NCBI GenBank assembly: GCA_964535955.1
Contig: CAZHVK010000003.1
Span: 62,001-126,000, forward strand
Length of the DNA stretch: 64,000 nucleotides
Source of the DNA: an uncultured Methanosarcinales archaeon
GTDB lineage: Archaea > Nanobdellota > Nanobdellia > Woesearchaeales > CAXGTL01
Direction: 5' to 3'
A model generated the notes under the pieces. The model made no database searches and was not told the DNA's origin. It saw only the letters and a list, made by a program, of their open reading frames with translations. Positions 1 through 12,128 of the stretch are shown here, piece by piece; within the stretch, counting starts at the first letter, position 1, and each line of letters begins with the position of its first letter. The translations under genes were made by a program, and so were the position numbers.

Positions 1-161
1 TAGTCCTTATTAACAAATTCTAAGCTCATTCTAATTACCTTAAAACCTCAGATTAGGGCAATACACACCTTCTACCACACAAATGCAAACAGAACACTTA
101 TAAAGACTAAAATATTTCTTATTATTGTAGGAATTTGTTCTTGACAAAGAGACGAAAGCTA

Positions 162-3100
162 ATGCAACAAAAAAAACCTAATGAAAAACCTGGCAAAACT
201 AAAAAAACAATAGACCAAGATAGTCAACAGACCAAAAAAAAAGATCAAGAAGAAAAAAAAAAAGAAACAAAAGAAAAAATAATCATAAGAGTGATAGAAG
301 ATGAGATGAAAGAATCTTATCTAAGTTATGCAATGTCAGTTATAGTCAGCAGAGCACTACCAGATGTAAGAGATGGATTAAAACCAGTCCATAGAAGGAT
401 TCTTTTTGCAATGCATGAGATGGGTATGTACCCAAACAAACCATTTAAAAAATCAGCTAGAATTGTTGGTGAAGTTCTGGGAAAATTTCATCCACATGGA
501 GATATGTCTGTGTATGATGCTATGGTTAGAATGGCACAACCATGGTCATTAAGATATCCCCTTGTCCAAGGTCAAGGAAATTTTGGTTCTATTGATGGGG
601 ATAGTGCAGCTGCCCACAGGTATTGTATTACAGGAGATTCTTTAATATTAACTGAAAAAGGAATTATTCCTATAGAGGAGATCTCCAATGAAAAAGAAGG
701 TAAGATTAACATAAAAATTTTATCTTATGATGGGAAAAAGAACAAAGCTTCCAAATTCTTTAATTCTGGAAAACATAAAATAATCAAGATTTTAACAAAA
801 ACAGGATACTCTCTTGAAGGGTCTTATAATCATCCTATTTTAACATGGAAAGTTGGCCCAAATTTTAAGCCAATGATTTCATGGAAGTTATTAGAGGACC
901 TAAACAAAGATGATATTATTATAATAAATAGAAAAAATAACTTATTTTCAAATAGATCAACAAAACTTAAAAAGTATTTTCCAAAAAAAGGTTTCAAAAA
1001 TGAAATAGGATTACCATCTAAAATGAATAATGATTTAGCTTTTCTATTGGGAGCCTTGGTTAGTGAAGGATGTTTTCATAATAAACAAATCTTATTTAAT
1101 AATAAAGATAAAGAATTTTATAATAAGGTTAAATCAATTATTTTATCTCAGTTCAAAGGAATCCAATTATATGAAAGGAATATAAAAGGGAAATGTAAAG
1201 AATTAAGTATTTATGAACAAAAAGTAGTATTATTTTTAAAAAATATAGGATTAAAAAATAAGAAATCTCATGAAAAAGAGATTCCATTCTCAGTCTTATT
1301 ATCAAAAAAAGAACATGTAAAAAGATTTCTAATAAGTTTATTTGAGGGAGATGGAAGTGTTATTTTTATTAAGGATAAAAGACATAATGGGAGAAGTATT
1401 CAATTAACTTATGATTCAAAAAGTGAGAAATTAATCAAACAACTTAAAATAGTTTTATTAAACTTTGGAATTGTATCAAATTACCCAAGTATTGATAAAA
1501 GATGTAATTGCCTAAAATTATGCATTTCCTCGCATAAGAATATAAATCAATTCAATAAAGAAATAGGATTCTTTTCCAATAGAAAAAGAAAAACACTTAA
1601 ATTAATAGAAAAAATAAACCCAGCAAGATTAAGTAAAATTGATTTTATTCCTTTTCTAAATGATTATTTAAGATATAAATATAATTCAATGTTTATTGAA
1701 AAAAATAATTTTGATAGATATAATTCATTAAAGAAGAATTATGTAAAGCTTATCAAAATAATTAGTAAAGAAGATAAATATTTGATTGATTGGTTATTGA
1801 AGAATGAATTTTATTTTGATCAATCAATAGACATTAAGAAATTAAGAGATAAAAAGTATGTATATTCAATTAAAGTTAATAGTAAATGTCATTCCTTTAT
1901 TGCAAATGGGTTTGTTAACCATAACACAGAAGCACGCCTATCAAAAATATCTACAGAATTATTAACAGACATTGAAAAAAAAACAGTTGATTTTCAACCT
2001 AATTTTGATGCTTCACTAAAAGAACCAATTGTTTTGCCAAGTAGGATACCAAATTTACTTCTCAATGGTTCGTCTGGAATTGCAGTGGGCATGGCAACAA
2101 ATATTCCACCTCACAATTTAGTTGAGGTTTGTAATGGAATAATTTATGTAATTGACAACCCAGAATGTGAAAAAAAAGAAATAATGAATTTCATCAAAGG
2201 CCCTGATTTTCCAACAGGAGGAACAATCATAGGAAAACAAGGAATAATAAATGCATATAATACAGGCAGAGGAAAAATTACAATAAGAGGAAAAACAGTC
2301 ATAAAAGAAAAGGAAGGCAAAAAGGATAAAAAAAGAATAATAATAATAAATGAAATACCTTACCAACTAAATAAATCAAGTTTAATTGAAGAAATAGCAG
2401 ATTATGTAAGAAACAGGAAAATCACAGGAATAAGTGATATAAGGGATGAATCAGATAAACAAGGAATGAGAATTGTTATTGTATTGAAAAAAGATGCAAA
2501 TCAAGATGTTGTATTAAATCAATTATACAAAAAAACAAGATTGCAATCAACTTTTGGAATAAACATGCTTGCTTTAGTAAATAACGAACCTAAAACATTA
2601 AACATTAAACAAATAATAACTAGATTTATTGAACATAGAAAACAAGTTACAATTAGAAAAACAACTTATGATCTTGAAAAAGCAGAATTAAGAGCACACA
2701 TTCTGCAAGGTTTAATAATTGCATTAGATGATATTGATAATGTTGTTCAAAAAATAAAAGCCAGCAAAGATATAAAACAAGCAACAGAAGTATTAATCAA
2801 GCAGTATACATTATCAGAAACACAAGCAAAAGCTATTTTAGATATGAAACTACAAAAGTTAGCTTCACTAGAACAAGAAAAAATAAAAATAGAAAAAAAG
2901 GAACTATTAAAGCTCATAGAAAATTTAAAAAGTATATTAGCAAATGAAGCAAAAGTACTTCAAATCATAAAAGAAGAACTAAAGGAGATTATACAGAAGT
3001 ATGGTGATGAAAGAAGAACAGAAATATCTGAAGAAGAAAAAAGACTAATTGAAATAGAAGATATGATTAAAGAGGAAGACATGATTATTACTATTACACA

Positions 3101-4013
3101 TCAAGGTTATATTAAAAGATTACCAATCCAAACATATAAAAAACAGAAAAGAGGAGGAAAAGGAGTTATTGCAGCGTCTACAAAAGATGAAGATTTTGTA
3201 AGTGACTTGTTCATTGCCTCAACACATTCATATATCTTATTTTTCACAGATAAAGGACAAGTTCATTGGTTAAAAGTTTATGAAGTGCCAATAGGATCTA
3301 GACAATCAAGAGGAAAAGCAATAATAAATTTATTGAATGTAAAAGATGAAAAAATAACAGCAACTGTTCCTGTAAGAGAATTTAAGCAAGGAGATTATCT
3401 AATAATGGCAACAAAAAAAGGAACAATAAAAAAAGTAGATATTACTATGTTTCAAAAACCAAGAAAAGGAGGAATTCGAGCAATGACTTTAGAACAAGAT
3501 GATATTCTTATAAATGTAGTAAAGACAGATGGAAATAAACAAGTGTTATTGGCAACAAATAATGGAATGGCTATAAGATTTAAAGAAACAGATTTAAGAT
3601 CTATTGGAAGAACTGGAAAAGGTGTTAGAGGAATTAATCTAAAAAATGATGATAAAGTAATTGATATTATTGTTGTAGACAATAATAAAGATATTTTAAC
3701 AGTAACAGAAAATGGTTATGGAAAAAGAACAAAGATAAATGAATACAGAATAATAAACAGAGGAGGGGTAGGAGTAATAAACATAAAAACAGATGAAAGA
3801 AATGGGGAAGTAATAGGTGTATCAGCAGTGCAAGAAGAGGATGAAGTCATGCTAATAAGTAAGAATGGCATAATGATAAGAACACCCACTAAAGGCATAT
3901 CATGCATAGGTAGAAACACAAAAGGTGTTAGAGTCATGAGGCTAGAACAAGATGATAACTTAGTTGCAGTTGCAAAGATTATAAATGAAGAAGAGGATGA
4001 AAAGAATAAATAA
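162..4013 (+). CDS. gyrA: DNA gyrase subunit A, interrupted by an intein
   Basis: [33 protein letters not shown], catalytic [20 protein letters not shown], GyrA-box QKRGGKG and C-terminal pinwheel repeats. ATG at 162 preferred over TTG at 135. Confidence 0.97.
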   Translation: MQQKKPNEKPGKTKKTIDQDSQQTKKKDQEEKKKETKEKIIIRVIEDEMKESYLSYAMSVIVSRALPDVRDGLKPVHRRILFAMHEMGMYPNKPFKKSARIVGEVLGKFHPHGDMSVYDAMVRMAQPWSLRYPLVQGQGNFGSIDGDSAAAHRYCITGDSLILTEKGIIPIEEISNEKEGKINIKILSYDGKKNKASKFFNSGKHKIIKILTKTGYSLEGSYNHPILTWKVGPNFKPMISWKLLEDLNKDDIIIINRKNNLFSNRSTKLKKYFPKKGFKNEIGLPSKMNNDLAFLLGALVSEGCFHNKQILFNNKDKEFYNKVKSIILSQFKGIQLYERNIKGKCKELSIYEQKVVLFLKNIGLKNKKSHEKEIPFSVLLSKKEHVKRFLISLFEGDGSVIFIKDKRHNGRSIQLTYDSKSEKLIKQLKIVLLNFGIVSNYPSIDKRCNCLKLCISSHKNINQFNKEIGFFSNRKRKTLKLIEKINPARLSKIDFIPFLNDYLRYKYNSMFIEKNNFDRYNSLKKNYVKLIKIISKEDKYLIDWLLKNEFYFDQSIDIKKLRDKKYVYSIKVNSKCHSFIANGFVNHNTEARLSKISTELLTDIEKKTVDFQPNFDASLKEPIVLPSRIPNLLLNGSSGIAVGMATNIPPHNLVEVCNGIIYVIDNPECEKKEIMNFIKGPDFPTGGTIIGKQGIINAYNTGRGKITIRGKTVIKEKEGKKDKKRIIIINEIPYQLNKSSLIEEIADYVRNRKITGISDIRDESDKQGMRIVIVLKKDANQDVVLNQLYKKTRLQSTFGINMLALVNNEPKTLNIKQIITRFIEHRKQVTIRKTTYDLEKAELRAHILQGLIIALDDIDNVVQKIKASKDIKQATEVLIKQYTLSETQAKAILDMKLQKLASLEQEKIKIEKKELLKLIENLKSILANEAKVLQIIKEELKEIIQKYGDERRTEISEEEKRLIEIEDMIKEEDMIITITHQGYIKRLPIQTYKKQKRGGKGVIAASTKDEDFVSDLFIASTHSYILFFTDKGQVHWLKVYEVPIGSRQSRGKAIINLLNVKDEKITATVPVREFKQGDYLIMATKKGTIKKVDITMFQKPRKGGIRAMTLEQDDILINVVKTDGNKQVLLATNNGMAIRFKETDLRSIGRTGKGVRGINLKNDDKVIDIIVVDNNKDILTVTENGYGKRTKINEYRIINRGGVGVINIKTDERNGEVIGVSAVQEEDEVMLISKNGIMIRTPTKGISCIGRNTKGVRVMRLEQDDNLVAVAKIINEEEDEKNK
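624..1925 (+). mobile_element. Intein (434 aa) with LAGLIDADG homing endonuclease, inserted right after the catalytic Tyr of GyrA
   Basis: Junctions RY/CITGDSL and [11 protein letters not shown] (Cys1, His-Asn terminus, Thr+1). Block B GSYNHP. LAGLIDADG-like motifs LLGALVSEG and LISLFEGDG. Confidence 0.95.
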
Positions 4014-4016
4014 ATA

Positions 4017-5138
4017 ATGAAAGCACTTCTCATAACACATCCAGGTATAGAAGATATTTCTGCACTAGAAGTCAAAGAATTAATAAAAAAACAATCAAAA
4101 ATAGAAAAAAGCATAGTAACATTTGAAACAAATAAATATGAAGACTTAGTAAAGATTGCTTACAAATCACAAAGTATATTAAAAATATTGGTGTTACTTG
4201 ATAAAATAAAAATAAAAAAGATCAATGATGTAAAGAAATTAAAAATTAATATAAAAGATTGGATAAATAAAAACACAGAATTTAAAATAAAATGTAAAAG
4301 AATTGGCAAACATGATTTTAAAAGTAAAGATATAGAAGAAGAAATAGGCGACTTAATCATAGATAAATATAAGTTAAAAGTGAATCTTACTGACCCTGAA
4401 CTTATTTTATATGCTTATATATATGAAGATAATTTATACTTAGGTGTTGATATTACAGGCATGGATTTAAGTAAAAGAAGTTATAAAATATTTAATAATC
4501 CTGACTCATTAAAAGGTATCATAGCTTACGCTTTAGTGAGGATAGCAGACTACAAATTAGGTAAAAAGTTCATTGATCCTTTTTGTGGTGATGGGACAAT
4601 AATAATTGAAACAGGATTATTTGCATCTAATTTTCCAGTAAGATTTTATGAAAAAGAAAAATTTTTATTTAGAATGCAAAAGCCATTCCAAAACATAGAT
4701 TTTGATAAATTATTAGAAAAAATTGATTCAGAATATAAAAAAAATAAATTAGATATAACAGGAAGTGAAAACTTATTAAGATATATTAACTCATGCAAAA
4801 AGAATGCAAAGATTGCAGGTATCTCTAAAAATATAGAATTCAGAAGATATGATATAGAATGGTTAGACACTAAATTAGCTAAAGATGATATTGATTTAAT
4901 AGTAACTAAAATAATCCAGCCTGGAAGATCTATTTCAATCAAAAAAATAGAAAAAATATACAAAGAACTATTTTATCATGCAGAGTTTATATTAAAGAAA
5001 ACTGGCAAGATTGTTATCATATCTAAAAACAAAGATTTAATAGAAAAAAAAGCAAAAGAATACAAACTAAAAACAAAAGTCAATAGACAAATAAAGATTG
5101 GTGATCATAATAATTATATATTGGAAATCACAAAATAA
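4017..5138 (+). CDS. THUMP-domain RNA methyltransferase (Trm14/RlmL-like)
   Basis: N-terminal THPGIE, THUMP region (CKRIGKHDFKS, VNLTDP), DLSKRSY and SAM-binding DPFCGDGTI. The NPPY-type motif is not recognisable. Confidence 0.8.
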   Translation: MKALLITHPGIEDISALEVKELIKKQSKIEKSIVTFETNKYEDLVKIAYKSQSILKILVLLDKIKIKKINDVKKLKINIKDWINKNTEFKIKCKRIGKHDFKSKDIEEEIGDLIIDKYKLKVNLTDPELILYAYIYEDNLYLGVDITGMDLSKRSYKIFNNPDSLKGIIAYALVRIADYKLGKKFIDPFCGDGTIIIETGLFASNFPVRFYEKEKFLFRMQKPFQNIDFDKLLEKIDSEYKKNKLDITGSENLLRYINSCKKNAKIAGISKNIEFRRYDIEWLDTKLAKDDIDLIVTKIIQPGRSISIKKIEKIYKELFYHAEFILKKTGKIVIISKNKDLIEKKAKEYKLKTKVNRQIKIGDHNNYILEITK

Positions 5139-5156
5139 TAATAATAATAATAATAA
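5134..5156 (+). repeat. (AAT)n microsatellite, about 7 units, overlapping the stop codon
   Basis: aataataataataataataataa read directly. Confidence 0.8.
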
Positions 5157-5198
5157 GCATAATAGTAGTAGTATATCATCAAGAAACAAAAAAAACAA

Positions 5199-5864
5199 TC
5201 AATATTTAATCCCATGCTTCTCCTTATACCACAACAAGATTATAAATTCAATTGCAAGTAATAATGCAAATTCACACATTACACTGGAAAATTGTGTGTT
5301 GAACATAGGTAAAAACACAAGGAAAATATATGTAGGAACTGTAAATATAAACATACCAAACATTCCTAAATAAAATAATCTTTTTTCATATTTAGATTTA
5401 ACACTTGATGTTCCCAAATAAAATAAGATTGTTGTGCCAACAATATAAACAATATAATATAATGAATAAAAATTATCTATCAGGCCTGTACTAGGGTATT
5501 GAATAAAGATAAGATTGCATACTGCAGATTCTTTATACAAAACATAAAAGCTAATCATAAAGAAGATTGCAGGAACATAAATTAAAATGTACCAATAATA
5601 ACTTATTTTTCTTCTCCACATTATTAAAGCATAAGAAATACCCATTGCAGGAAGTATTGTTGTTACACTCATTGCAAGTATTGTAAATATTTTTAAATTA
5701 GTAGTACAAATGAAAAATTCATTTAGTTGATACAATCCAAGCAAAAATGATATTAAAGCAATTATTTGATTCAATTTATCCTTAGGATTCTTTAACAAGA
5801 AATGCAAAGCTAATAAAAATTCTATTATGAATGTAGATAATGAAATATATGGAGCAAAGCACAT
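5199..5864 (-). CDS. Hypothetical polytopic membrane protein
   Basis: 221-aa ORF with about 7 hydrophobic segments; no recognisable catalytic motif. Confidence 0.7.
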   Translation of the reverse strand: MCFAPYISLSTFIIEFLLALHFLLKNPKDKLNQIIALISFLLGLYQLNEFFICTTNLKIFTILAMSVTTILPAMGISYALIMWRRKISYYWYILIYVPAIFFMISFYVLYKESAVCNLIFIQYPSTGLIDNFYSLYYIVYIVGTTILFYLGTSSVKSKYEKRLFYLGMFGMFIFTVPTYIFLVFLPMFNTQFSSVMCEFALLLAIEFIILLWYKEKHGIKY

Positions 5865-6013
5865 ATATCAAATAAAAGATTAATAATATATAAATATTCC
5901 TAAATTAATACAATTTAAGTAAAAATATAATTAAAAAAACAAACAATGAAAAAAATAAGAAAAACACAATGAAACAAAAAAAATAAAAAAAGAAATTAAA
6001 AATAACAAAATAA

Positions 6014-9000
6014 TTAATATCTTCTCTTCTTCTTACCAACTGCAAATATTGCCAGAAACATAAACAAAACTATTCCTGCCAAGATTACAAATCCACAGAT
6101 CATCAAAGTAGTTTCCCATGAATCATCAAGTTTGAAATAATCTATATCTTCTGCTCCTTGTTGCTGATAAATTTCTGCTGTTAACCCTTCAAAAAGATCT
6201 TCATCTTCAAAACCAGATTCTACATCTTTTTTAAATTCTATTTCTTTCTCAGTTATGCATTCTTTAACATCAAGATTCACTATTTTCTTGTCATCCTCTT
6301 CATCGTCATCATAATAAACAATTACTGATATAGGATATTCTTTTGCTTTAGCATCTTCTGGAATAAATAGATTAAAACTTCTTGAAAATTCTGAGTCATC
6401 ATCAAACACATCTGTCTCAAGATCAGAGATACTTGTATATCTTTCATTAATATTCAGCTCTGAATTAGTAATCTCTAGCACGACATCCTTTTCCTCTTCT
6501 GCACCATAATTTTTTATTTTAAGATCCAAATGAGTTGACCTATCACAAGATAATTCTTCGCTTGCTAAATCTGACCTTACTATTCTTAAATCATGGTCTT
6601 CCTTCTCAATAAATAAATCAAGATTCCATGTATCTTCATGATTAACTCCCAATCCATCTCTTCCATCAACAGTAATAATTACATCATATCCTGCAGATTT
6701 ATCATTCACATCAAGAGGGATATCAAAAGTCAACACTCTGTCTTCTGATTCGTCAGGATCTAATCTAAATGAATCAGTATCTTCATCAAGATCTTTATCT
6801 CCATCTTTTAAGATTTTTCTTATTTCTACTTGTATTTCTATACTCTTGATTTCATAGTCATCATTATCATCATCATCATACTTATTTTCTACATCAACAG
6901 TAAATTTAAGTACTGAACCTGGCTTTATATCATCAATATGTCCATTATTATCAATACTATAATCATCTTCACTATCATCAATCTCTACATCAACTATTTT
7001 TAACTTAGATGGAGGATTTTGATATACTAAAATCATTTTCTGGTCTATGTCTTTGTTTGTGATATCTATACTTCCAATCTTACTTTTTCTTGATTGTTCC
7101 CTTTCTGAAACAAATGTTCTTACAATGAGTTTTTGTGATAATCCAGGACCAAGAGTTAATTTCGTAGATGTTACATAATCCCCACTTTCAAGTTTCATTG
7201 AAATATTTTCATCATATTCAGGAATTAATGCAATTTCTATATCATCTAAAACTTCATACCCTGTATTTTCTATTACAATTTCTTGTGATTGTTCTGTTCC
7301 TCTTTCATCATCAAAAATAATCTCAGTATGGTCAATAGAGAGACTATAAGCATTAGCCTTATCTTTAGCAGTGAATGATGTAAAATGATCAACACTAAAT
7401 ACTAAAATTCCTGCAGACTTGTCATGAGAAATAATTTTACAAAAATCACAAACACTTGTTAAATCATTTTGGTCTGTTGTAAAACCATTATTATAATAAA
7501 TCACTGGTTTTTCAAGAGATGATACTTTCATAGTAATTGTAGCTTTCTTATTCTTGAACGCAGACAATACATTTGAATTTACTGCTACAATATTAGTTTG
7601 AATCCTAACATTATTATCAATATCTGCAACATCACTTAAATCAATAACTTCACTACCAAAATCAATCTTTCCTCTACTTCCTGCATCTATTTTTACATCA
7701 ACTGCTTTATCAACACCCTTGCTTATATCATGATTCAATGAAAAATCATAAGACACAGGTAAATCTGTCACAGTTACTGTCCATGAATAATTAACAACAT
7801 TAGCACTTTCAATCATTACAATAACTTCATAAGTACCTGTAGTACTTGGATCAAAAGTATATGAATAAATATTTCCAATTGGTGATGCATATCTTTTAAC
7901 AAATTTATCATTAACAATCCATGATACTACAAATGAATCATCAGGATCTGAAACAGATATTGAAAAATCAATTTTTTCATCCTCTCTGATTATTAGACTT
8001 GTTTGTTCAGGAAGTTTATTACTTATGTCAATACCATCATCAACTGAAGAGATAGTAATATCAATTTTCTGACTAACTAATAAACCATCACTATCAATCA
8101 AACTCAATGTTACTTCATCAGTACCATATTTGTCTTTAACAGGAACTATTGTCATTAAATCTGTTGAAGGGTTTATACTAATAGACATTAAATTAGTATC
8201 AACACCACTAACACTCCAAACCAGACTTGATCCAGAATCTTCTACATCATTACCATAATTAGTTAAATCAAAAGTATAAGTTGTATCTTCATTCAAATTC
8301 AGGTCAGGCACTGTTTGTGTAATACTAGGTGCTAAATTTATATGGTTCGTCTGTAAATAAAAGTCTTTAGATATTTCCATATCAAAATCATACACAGCTT
8401 TTATCTCAATTGGATAACTCCCACTCAAAACTTCTTCAGGAATTACAAAAGATTTTGTATAAGTATGATTTTGTTCACTATTAATACTATCAACAATACT
8501 TGAATTATCAATACCTAAATTAGCATTCTTAACACTTAATGTAATATCCCTTTCATCTTTGGTACCTAAATTACTTAAAACAAATCTTAATTCTGTATTA
8601 CCACCACTATTAACAGGCTGAGGACTTAAACTAATATCTTGGATAATCAAATGATGTCTTTGCCTTCCAACATCAATAAACATATCTCTTTCTTCAATAA
8701 AATATTCATTGCCCTCATAATCTTCAAATCTTAATGATAAATTTAATTCATAAGTACCTTCATCAGCACTAGTAGGAATTGGGAATATTAATGAATCTTG
8801 TTTTGTTGTTAATGGATCTAAATCAAATTTAAATTCTTTAACAACTTCATCCTCTTCTGTCAAACCAATTATATCAAATGATGCAGCTTCTAATTCAATT
8901 TCTCTGCCACTAAACAAATTCTCAAACTCAAATTCAAAAGTTAATTCATTACTTAAATTAACACTTTTTGTTTGACCCTGCTTGAATTCCTCACCATTCA

Positions 9001-11821
9001 TCTTGATATAATTAATAGAGAATGGATGTTTAACAGTAAGATTATATTCCTGCATTACAGAAAAATCTTTTTCATCTGTTATATTCAACTTTACTGAATG
9101 CATTCCTAAATGAGTTAAATTAGGAGACCATTCAATCAATCCAGTAGTATCATTTATTTTCATTTCTTCTGGTTTTACTAATAATTCATATTCCAAATCT
9201 TCTGCATCAGCATCACTAGCAGCAACTTGATAAGTATACTCTTGATTTGCTACACCAACCTCTAAAGGGGTTGAACTAATGACTGGAAGATTATTATACA
9301 ATACTGAGAACTGCTTTACTTCAGACTCAGTAATATGTGACAAAGAATCATCTAAATCCTGCATAGAATCATTTGCAATAATCTTCCAAGAATAACTCTT
9401 TAAATTTTCTAAATCAACACCAAGACTTCCAGATTCAGTAGACCCAAGTAATTTAAAATCATCATCAGTTTCATTCTTCAAATACACATGATAAGTAACT
9501 GTATCACCATCAGGGTCGCCTGTTAGATTCCACTGCAGATCAAATAAAGTTAGATTCACAACTTTATTATTTTCAGGATAAACAATTTCAGGAGTAAATG
9601 GATTTTCTTCCACAGGAGTTATATTTAATCTTAAAGTATTTGTTCCAGTCAATTCACCATCACTAACAGTAAAATCTATTAAAATTTCTCCAAAATAATT
9701 TAGTTTAGGCACAATATCAACAGTAAAATTATCAACCACAGTATCAAATGAAATACTTTCTATATTCTCATTTTCATTCACACTTTCATCAAAACTCAAT
9801 GTAAGATCTAAGGTTTCATTATCAATATCACTTAAATAATCAGTAAAATTAAATCTTATTGCTGTATCTTCATCAGAAGTGATATTTGGCAGTTCATTAA
9901 TTACAGGTGCACCATTGACATTTAAAACTTCTAATACAAATGAACCAGTAGTGCAATTATTATCTCTCTCAGAATCATCACAAATTTTCACACCTATTGT
10001 ATATTCTCCAACATCACCTTGTGTAGGAGTCCATGTAATCAAACCATTTGAATCTACTGCTAATTCTATTTCTTCTTCTACTTCAACAAGATATGTTAAC
10101 ACATCACCAACATCTTCATCACTTACATTTAATTCATAACTAAACAAAGAATCTTCTGACACATTCATATCACCTAAACCATAGATTATTGGTCCATGAT
10201 TAGTATTCACAGTAAAATCCAAAGTTTCTGTTTCTTCATTTCCAGCAAAATCAAGACACAGAATTTCAAGATCATTATCACTATCTAAAGCAGATAGCAT
10301 AACACTTCCATTTTGATTTTCTTCAAATAAAGTTAATTCATCACCTTGATTCAAAGTATAATAACAATCACCTTCTTCATTTATACTTATATTTAATAAA
10401 ACATTTGTAGTATCGTATAAATCTCCAATAGGTGAATAAACAGTTATTATAGGCAAATCATCATCTATTGTAAATTCTAATGATTCATCAGTTGCAGTAT
10501 TACCAGCAATGTCAGTAGCCAGAATAGTGATTGGTGATTCTAGATCACTAAGTACCAGATCACTGGTCCAATAATCAGTATCACCTTGTTGGAAAAGAGT
10601 CTGTTCATCAACAGTAACAATAAAAGAAGAATCATCAGTAACACTTACATTTAGAACCACTGATTCATCAGTCTGTACAAAATAAAATTCCAAACTAGCA
10701 TCACTTATCACAGGTTCTTCACTATCATAAATACTATTTGCAGAACCAGGAGTACCACCCAATTCTAAACTTTGTCCCCAATTATCAAAATCAAGATTAT
10801 ATCTTTCAAGAGAATAACCTTGTTCAGCCAAAGCTTCATAATCCACACTAACAGTATAAATATCATCAGCAAGAGTTAATTCTTCACCACTATTACTTAA
10901 TCCAGTACACATTGAATCAGCATCAACATGGAAAGCTAGTGCATCTTCAGGAATACTAGAAGTATTATAAACAAGAGTACCACTACCTCCATCAGTAATG
11001 ATTGCATATTCTCCTTGACTAAGTAAAAAATCATTTTCTGAATAAACTAATTCATCTGATTTATTTAAAAATCCTGTTAAGAGATCATCCCCGCATAAAG
11101 TCCATTCTTCAAGATTTATATCATTTAAACCAAAATTATATATTTCAATCCATTCATCATAAGAATCAGAACCAAGAGGATTATACATTATTTCATTGAT
11201 AAGCATACCAATAGGTGGGTGTTCATCATCAGATGAAGAGTTTTGCGGCTCAGGCACATCTCTTATTACAAAATCAACAGAATTATCATCAGTATCATAA
11301 CCATTCCCTTTATCTTCATCATGTTCTTCAGAAGAAATTCTTTCAAAACTTTTTAATTCAGTAGGACCAAAATCAAAAAGATCAATTGGATCTCCTTCTA
11401 TAGTATCAAAATTTTGATCATATATTCTCCATGCAATTGAATCAACATGTGCTCCATTTAAATCAACTAATTCTAATTCAACATTATTTTGCATAATTAT
11501 ATCAGATTCACGATCAGCATCAGGCCAATTAGGATTTGTTTTCCCCACTGTTCTCCAAGAAGCAGATGCAATAAGATAAAATCCATGTGAATCTATTATT
11601 GTATCTTCATAAAAAACCACATCAGGATCAATTGGATGGCTTGTCAGGATCTTCCACCCACTTATATCAATTGGTTGGCTAGTTGGATTGTAAAGTTCAA
11701 CAAAATTATCATTAATAAGAACTTCACTTATAACAACATGATTTGTAACCTCACCCAAAACCAATCCAGAAAATAGAATTAAACCTAGAACCAATATTAA
11801 TGTATTTATCACCTTTTTCAT
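6014..11821 (-). CDS. Giant acidic cell-surface protein: signal peptide, two lamin-tail domains, Ig/cadherin-like and CARDB-like repeats, C-terminal TM anchor
   Basis: Signal peptide MKKVINTLILVLGLILFSGLVLG. LTD motifs VVISEV..FVELYNPT..DISGW and LINEIMYNP..EWIEIYN..GTPG. Cadherin/Ig motifs (DPDGD, SDADAED, GLIEWSP). TM helix followed by KKKRRY. Confidence 0.85.
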   Translation of the reverse strand: MKKVINTLILVLGLILFSGLVLGEVTNHVVISEVLINDNFVELYNPTSQPIDISGWKILTSHPIDPDVVFYEDTIIDSHGFYLIASASWRTVGKTNPNWPDADRESDIIMQNNVELELVDLNGAHVDSIAWRIYDQNFDTIEGDPIDLFDFGPTELKSFERISSEEHDEDKGNGYDTDDNSVDFVIRDVPEPQNSSSDDEHPPIGMLINEIMYNPLGSDSYDEWIEIYNFGLNDINLEEWTLCGDDLLTGFLNKSDELVYSENDFLLSQGEYAIITDGGSGTLVYNTSSIPEDALAFHVDADSMCTGLSNSGEELTLADDIYTVSVDYEALAEQGYSLERYNLDFDNWGQSLELGGTPGSANSIYDSEEPVISDASLEFYFVQTDESVVLNVSVTDDSSFIVTVDEQTLFQQGDTDYWTSDLVLSDLESPITILATDIAGNTATDESLEFTIDDDLPIITVYSPIGDLYDTTNVLLNISINEEGDCYYTLNQGDELTLFEENQNGSVMLSALDSDNDLEILCLDFAGNEETETLDFTVNTNHGPIIYGLGDMNVSEDSLFSYELNVSDEDVGDVLTYLVEVEEEIELAVDSNGLITWTPTQGDVGEYTIGVKICDDSERDNNCTTGSFVLEVLNVNGAPVINELPNITSDEDTAIRFNFTDYLSDIDNETLDLTLSFDESVNENENIESISFDTVVDNFTVDIVPKLNYFGEILIDFTVSDGELTGTNTLRLNITPVEENPFTPEIVYPENNKVVNLTLFDLQWNLTGDPDGDTVTYHVYLKNETDDDFKLLGSTESGSLGVDLENLKSYSWKIIANDSMQDLDDSLSHITESEVKQFSVLYNNLPVISSTPLEVGVANQEYTYQVAASDADAEDLEYELLVKPEEMKINDTTGLIEWSPNLTHLGMHSVKLNITDEKDFSVMQEYNLTVKHPFSINYIKMNGEEFKQGQTKSVNLSNELTFEFEFENLFSGREIELEAASFDIIGLTEEDEVVKEFKFDLDPLTTKQDSLIFPIPTSADEGTYELNLSLRFEDYEGNEYFIEERDMFIDVGRQRHHLIIQDISLSPQPVNSGGNTELRFVLSNLGTKDERDITLSVKNANLGIDNSSIVDSINSEQNHTYTKSFVIPEEVLSGSYPIEIKAVYDFDMEISKDFYLQTNHINLAPSITQTVPDLNLNEDTTYTFDLTNYGNDVEDSGSSLVWSVSGVDTNLMSISINPSTDLMTIVPVKDKYGTDEVTLSLIDSDGLLVSQKIDITISSVDDGIDISNKLPEQTSLIIREDEKIDFSISVSDPDDSFVVSWIVNDKFVKRYASPIGNIYSYTFDPSTTGTYEVIVMIESANVVNYSWTVTVTDLPVSYDFSLNHDISKGVDKAVDVKIDAGSRGKIDFGSEVIDLSDVADIDNNVRIQTNIVAVNSNVLSAFKNKKATITMKVSSLEKPVIYYNNGFTTDQNDLTSVCDFCKIISHDKSAGILVFSVDHFTSFTAKDKANAYSLSIDHTEIIFDDERGTEQSQEIVIENTGYEVLDDIEIALIPEYDENISMKLESGDYVTSTKLTLGPGLSQKLIVRTFVSEREQSRKSKIGSIDITNKDIDQKMILVYQNPPSKLKIVDVEIDDSEDDYSIDNNGHIDDIKPGSVLKFTVDVENKYDDDDNDDYEIKSIEIQVEIRKILKDGDKDLDEDTDSFRLDPDESEDRVLTFDIPLDVNDKSAGYDVIITVDGRDGLGVNHEDTWNLDLFIEKEDHDLRIVRSDLASEELSCDRSTHLDLKIKNYGAEEEKDVVLEITNSELNINERYTSISDLETDVFDDDSEFSRSFNLFIPEDAKAKEYPISVIVYYDDDEEDDKKIVNLDVKECITEKEIEFKKDVESGFEDEDLFEGLTAEIYQQQGAEDIDYFKLDDSWETTLMICGFVILAGIVLFMFLAIFAVGKKKRRY

Positions 11822-11841
11822 ATCTAATCATCCCCCATTTA

Positions 11842-11907
11842 TTCATATAATCTTCATATAATCTTTATATAATCTTTATATAATATTCATATAATATTCA
11901 TATAATA
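11842..11907. repeat. Six tandem 11-bp units TT(C/T)ATATAAT(C/A) upstream of the giant surface gene
   Basis: ttcatataatc ttcatataatc tttatataatc tttatataata ttcatataata ttcatataata. Confidence 0.9.
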
Positions 11908-12128
11908 TTAATAAAAATTAATATATCAAAAACCCCTTTTTAAAATGTAATAATTACAATTATTAGATTATTACTATTCTAGAATAGAAAATCCTTATAT
12001 AAAGATTTCTATAGTTACAAATATTATTCTATAAATAGTATACTCCAATATAGAGATATTAAAATATTAATTAGAGGATAAAAAGAAAAGAATTTAAAAA
12101 AAGAAAAAGATTAAAAAAAATAAAAAAA

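Noticed and set aside
5098..5373. 91-aa ORF with poly-Asn
   Set aside because: Product of the (AAT)n microsatellite; overlaps two better-supported genes.
11842..11907. Possible CRISPR array
   Set aside because: Units are 11 bp and directly adjacent with no spacers; no cas genes in the window.
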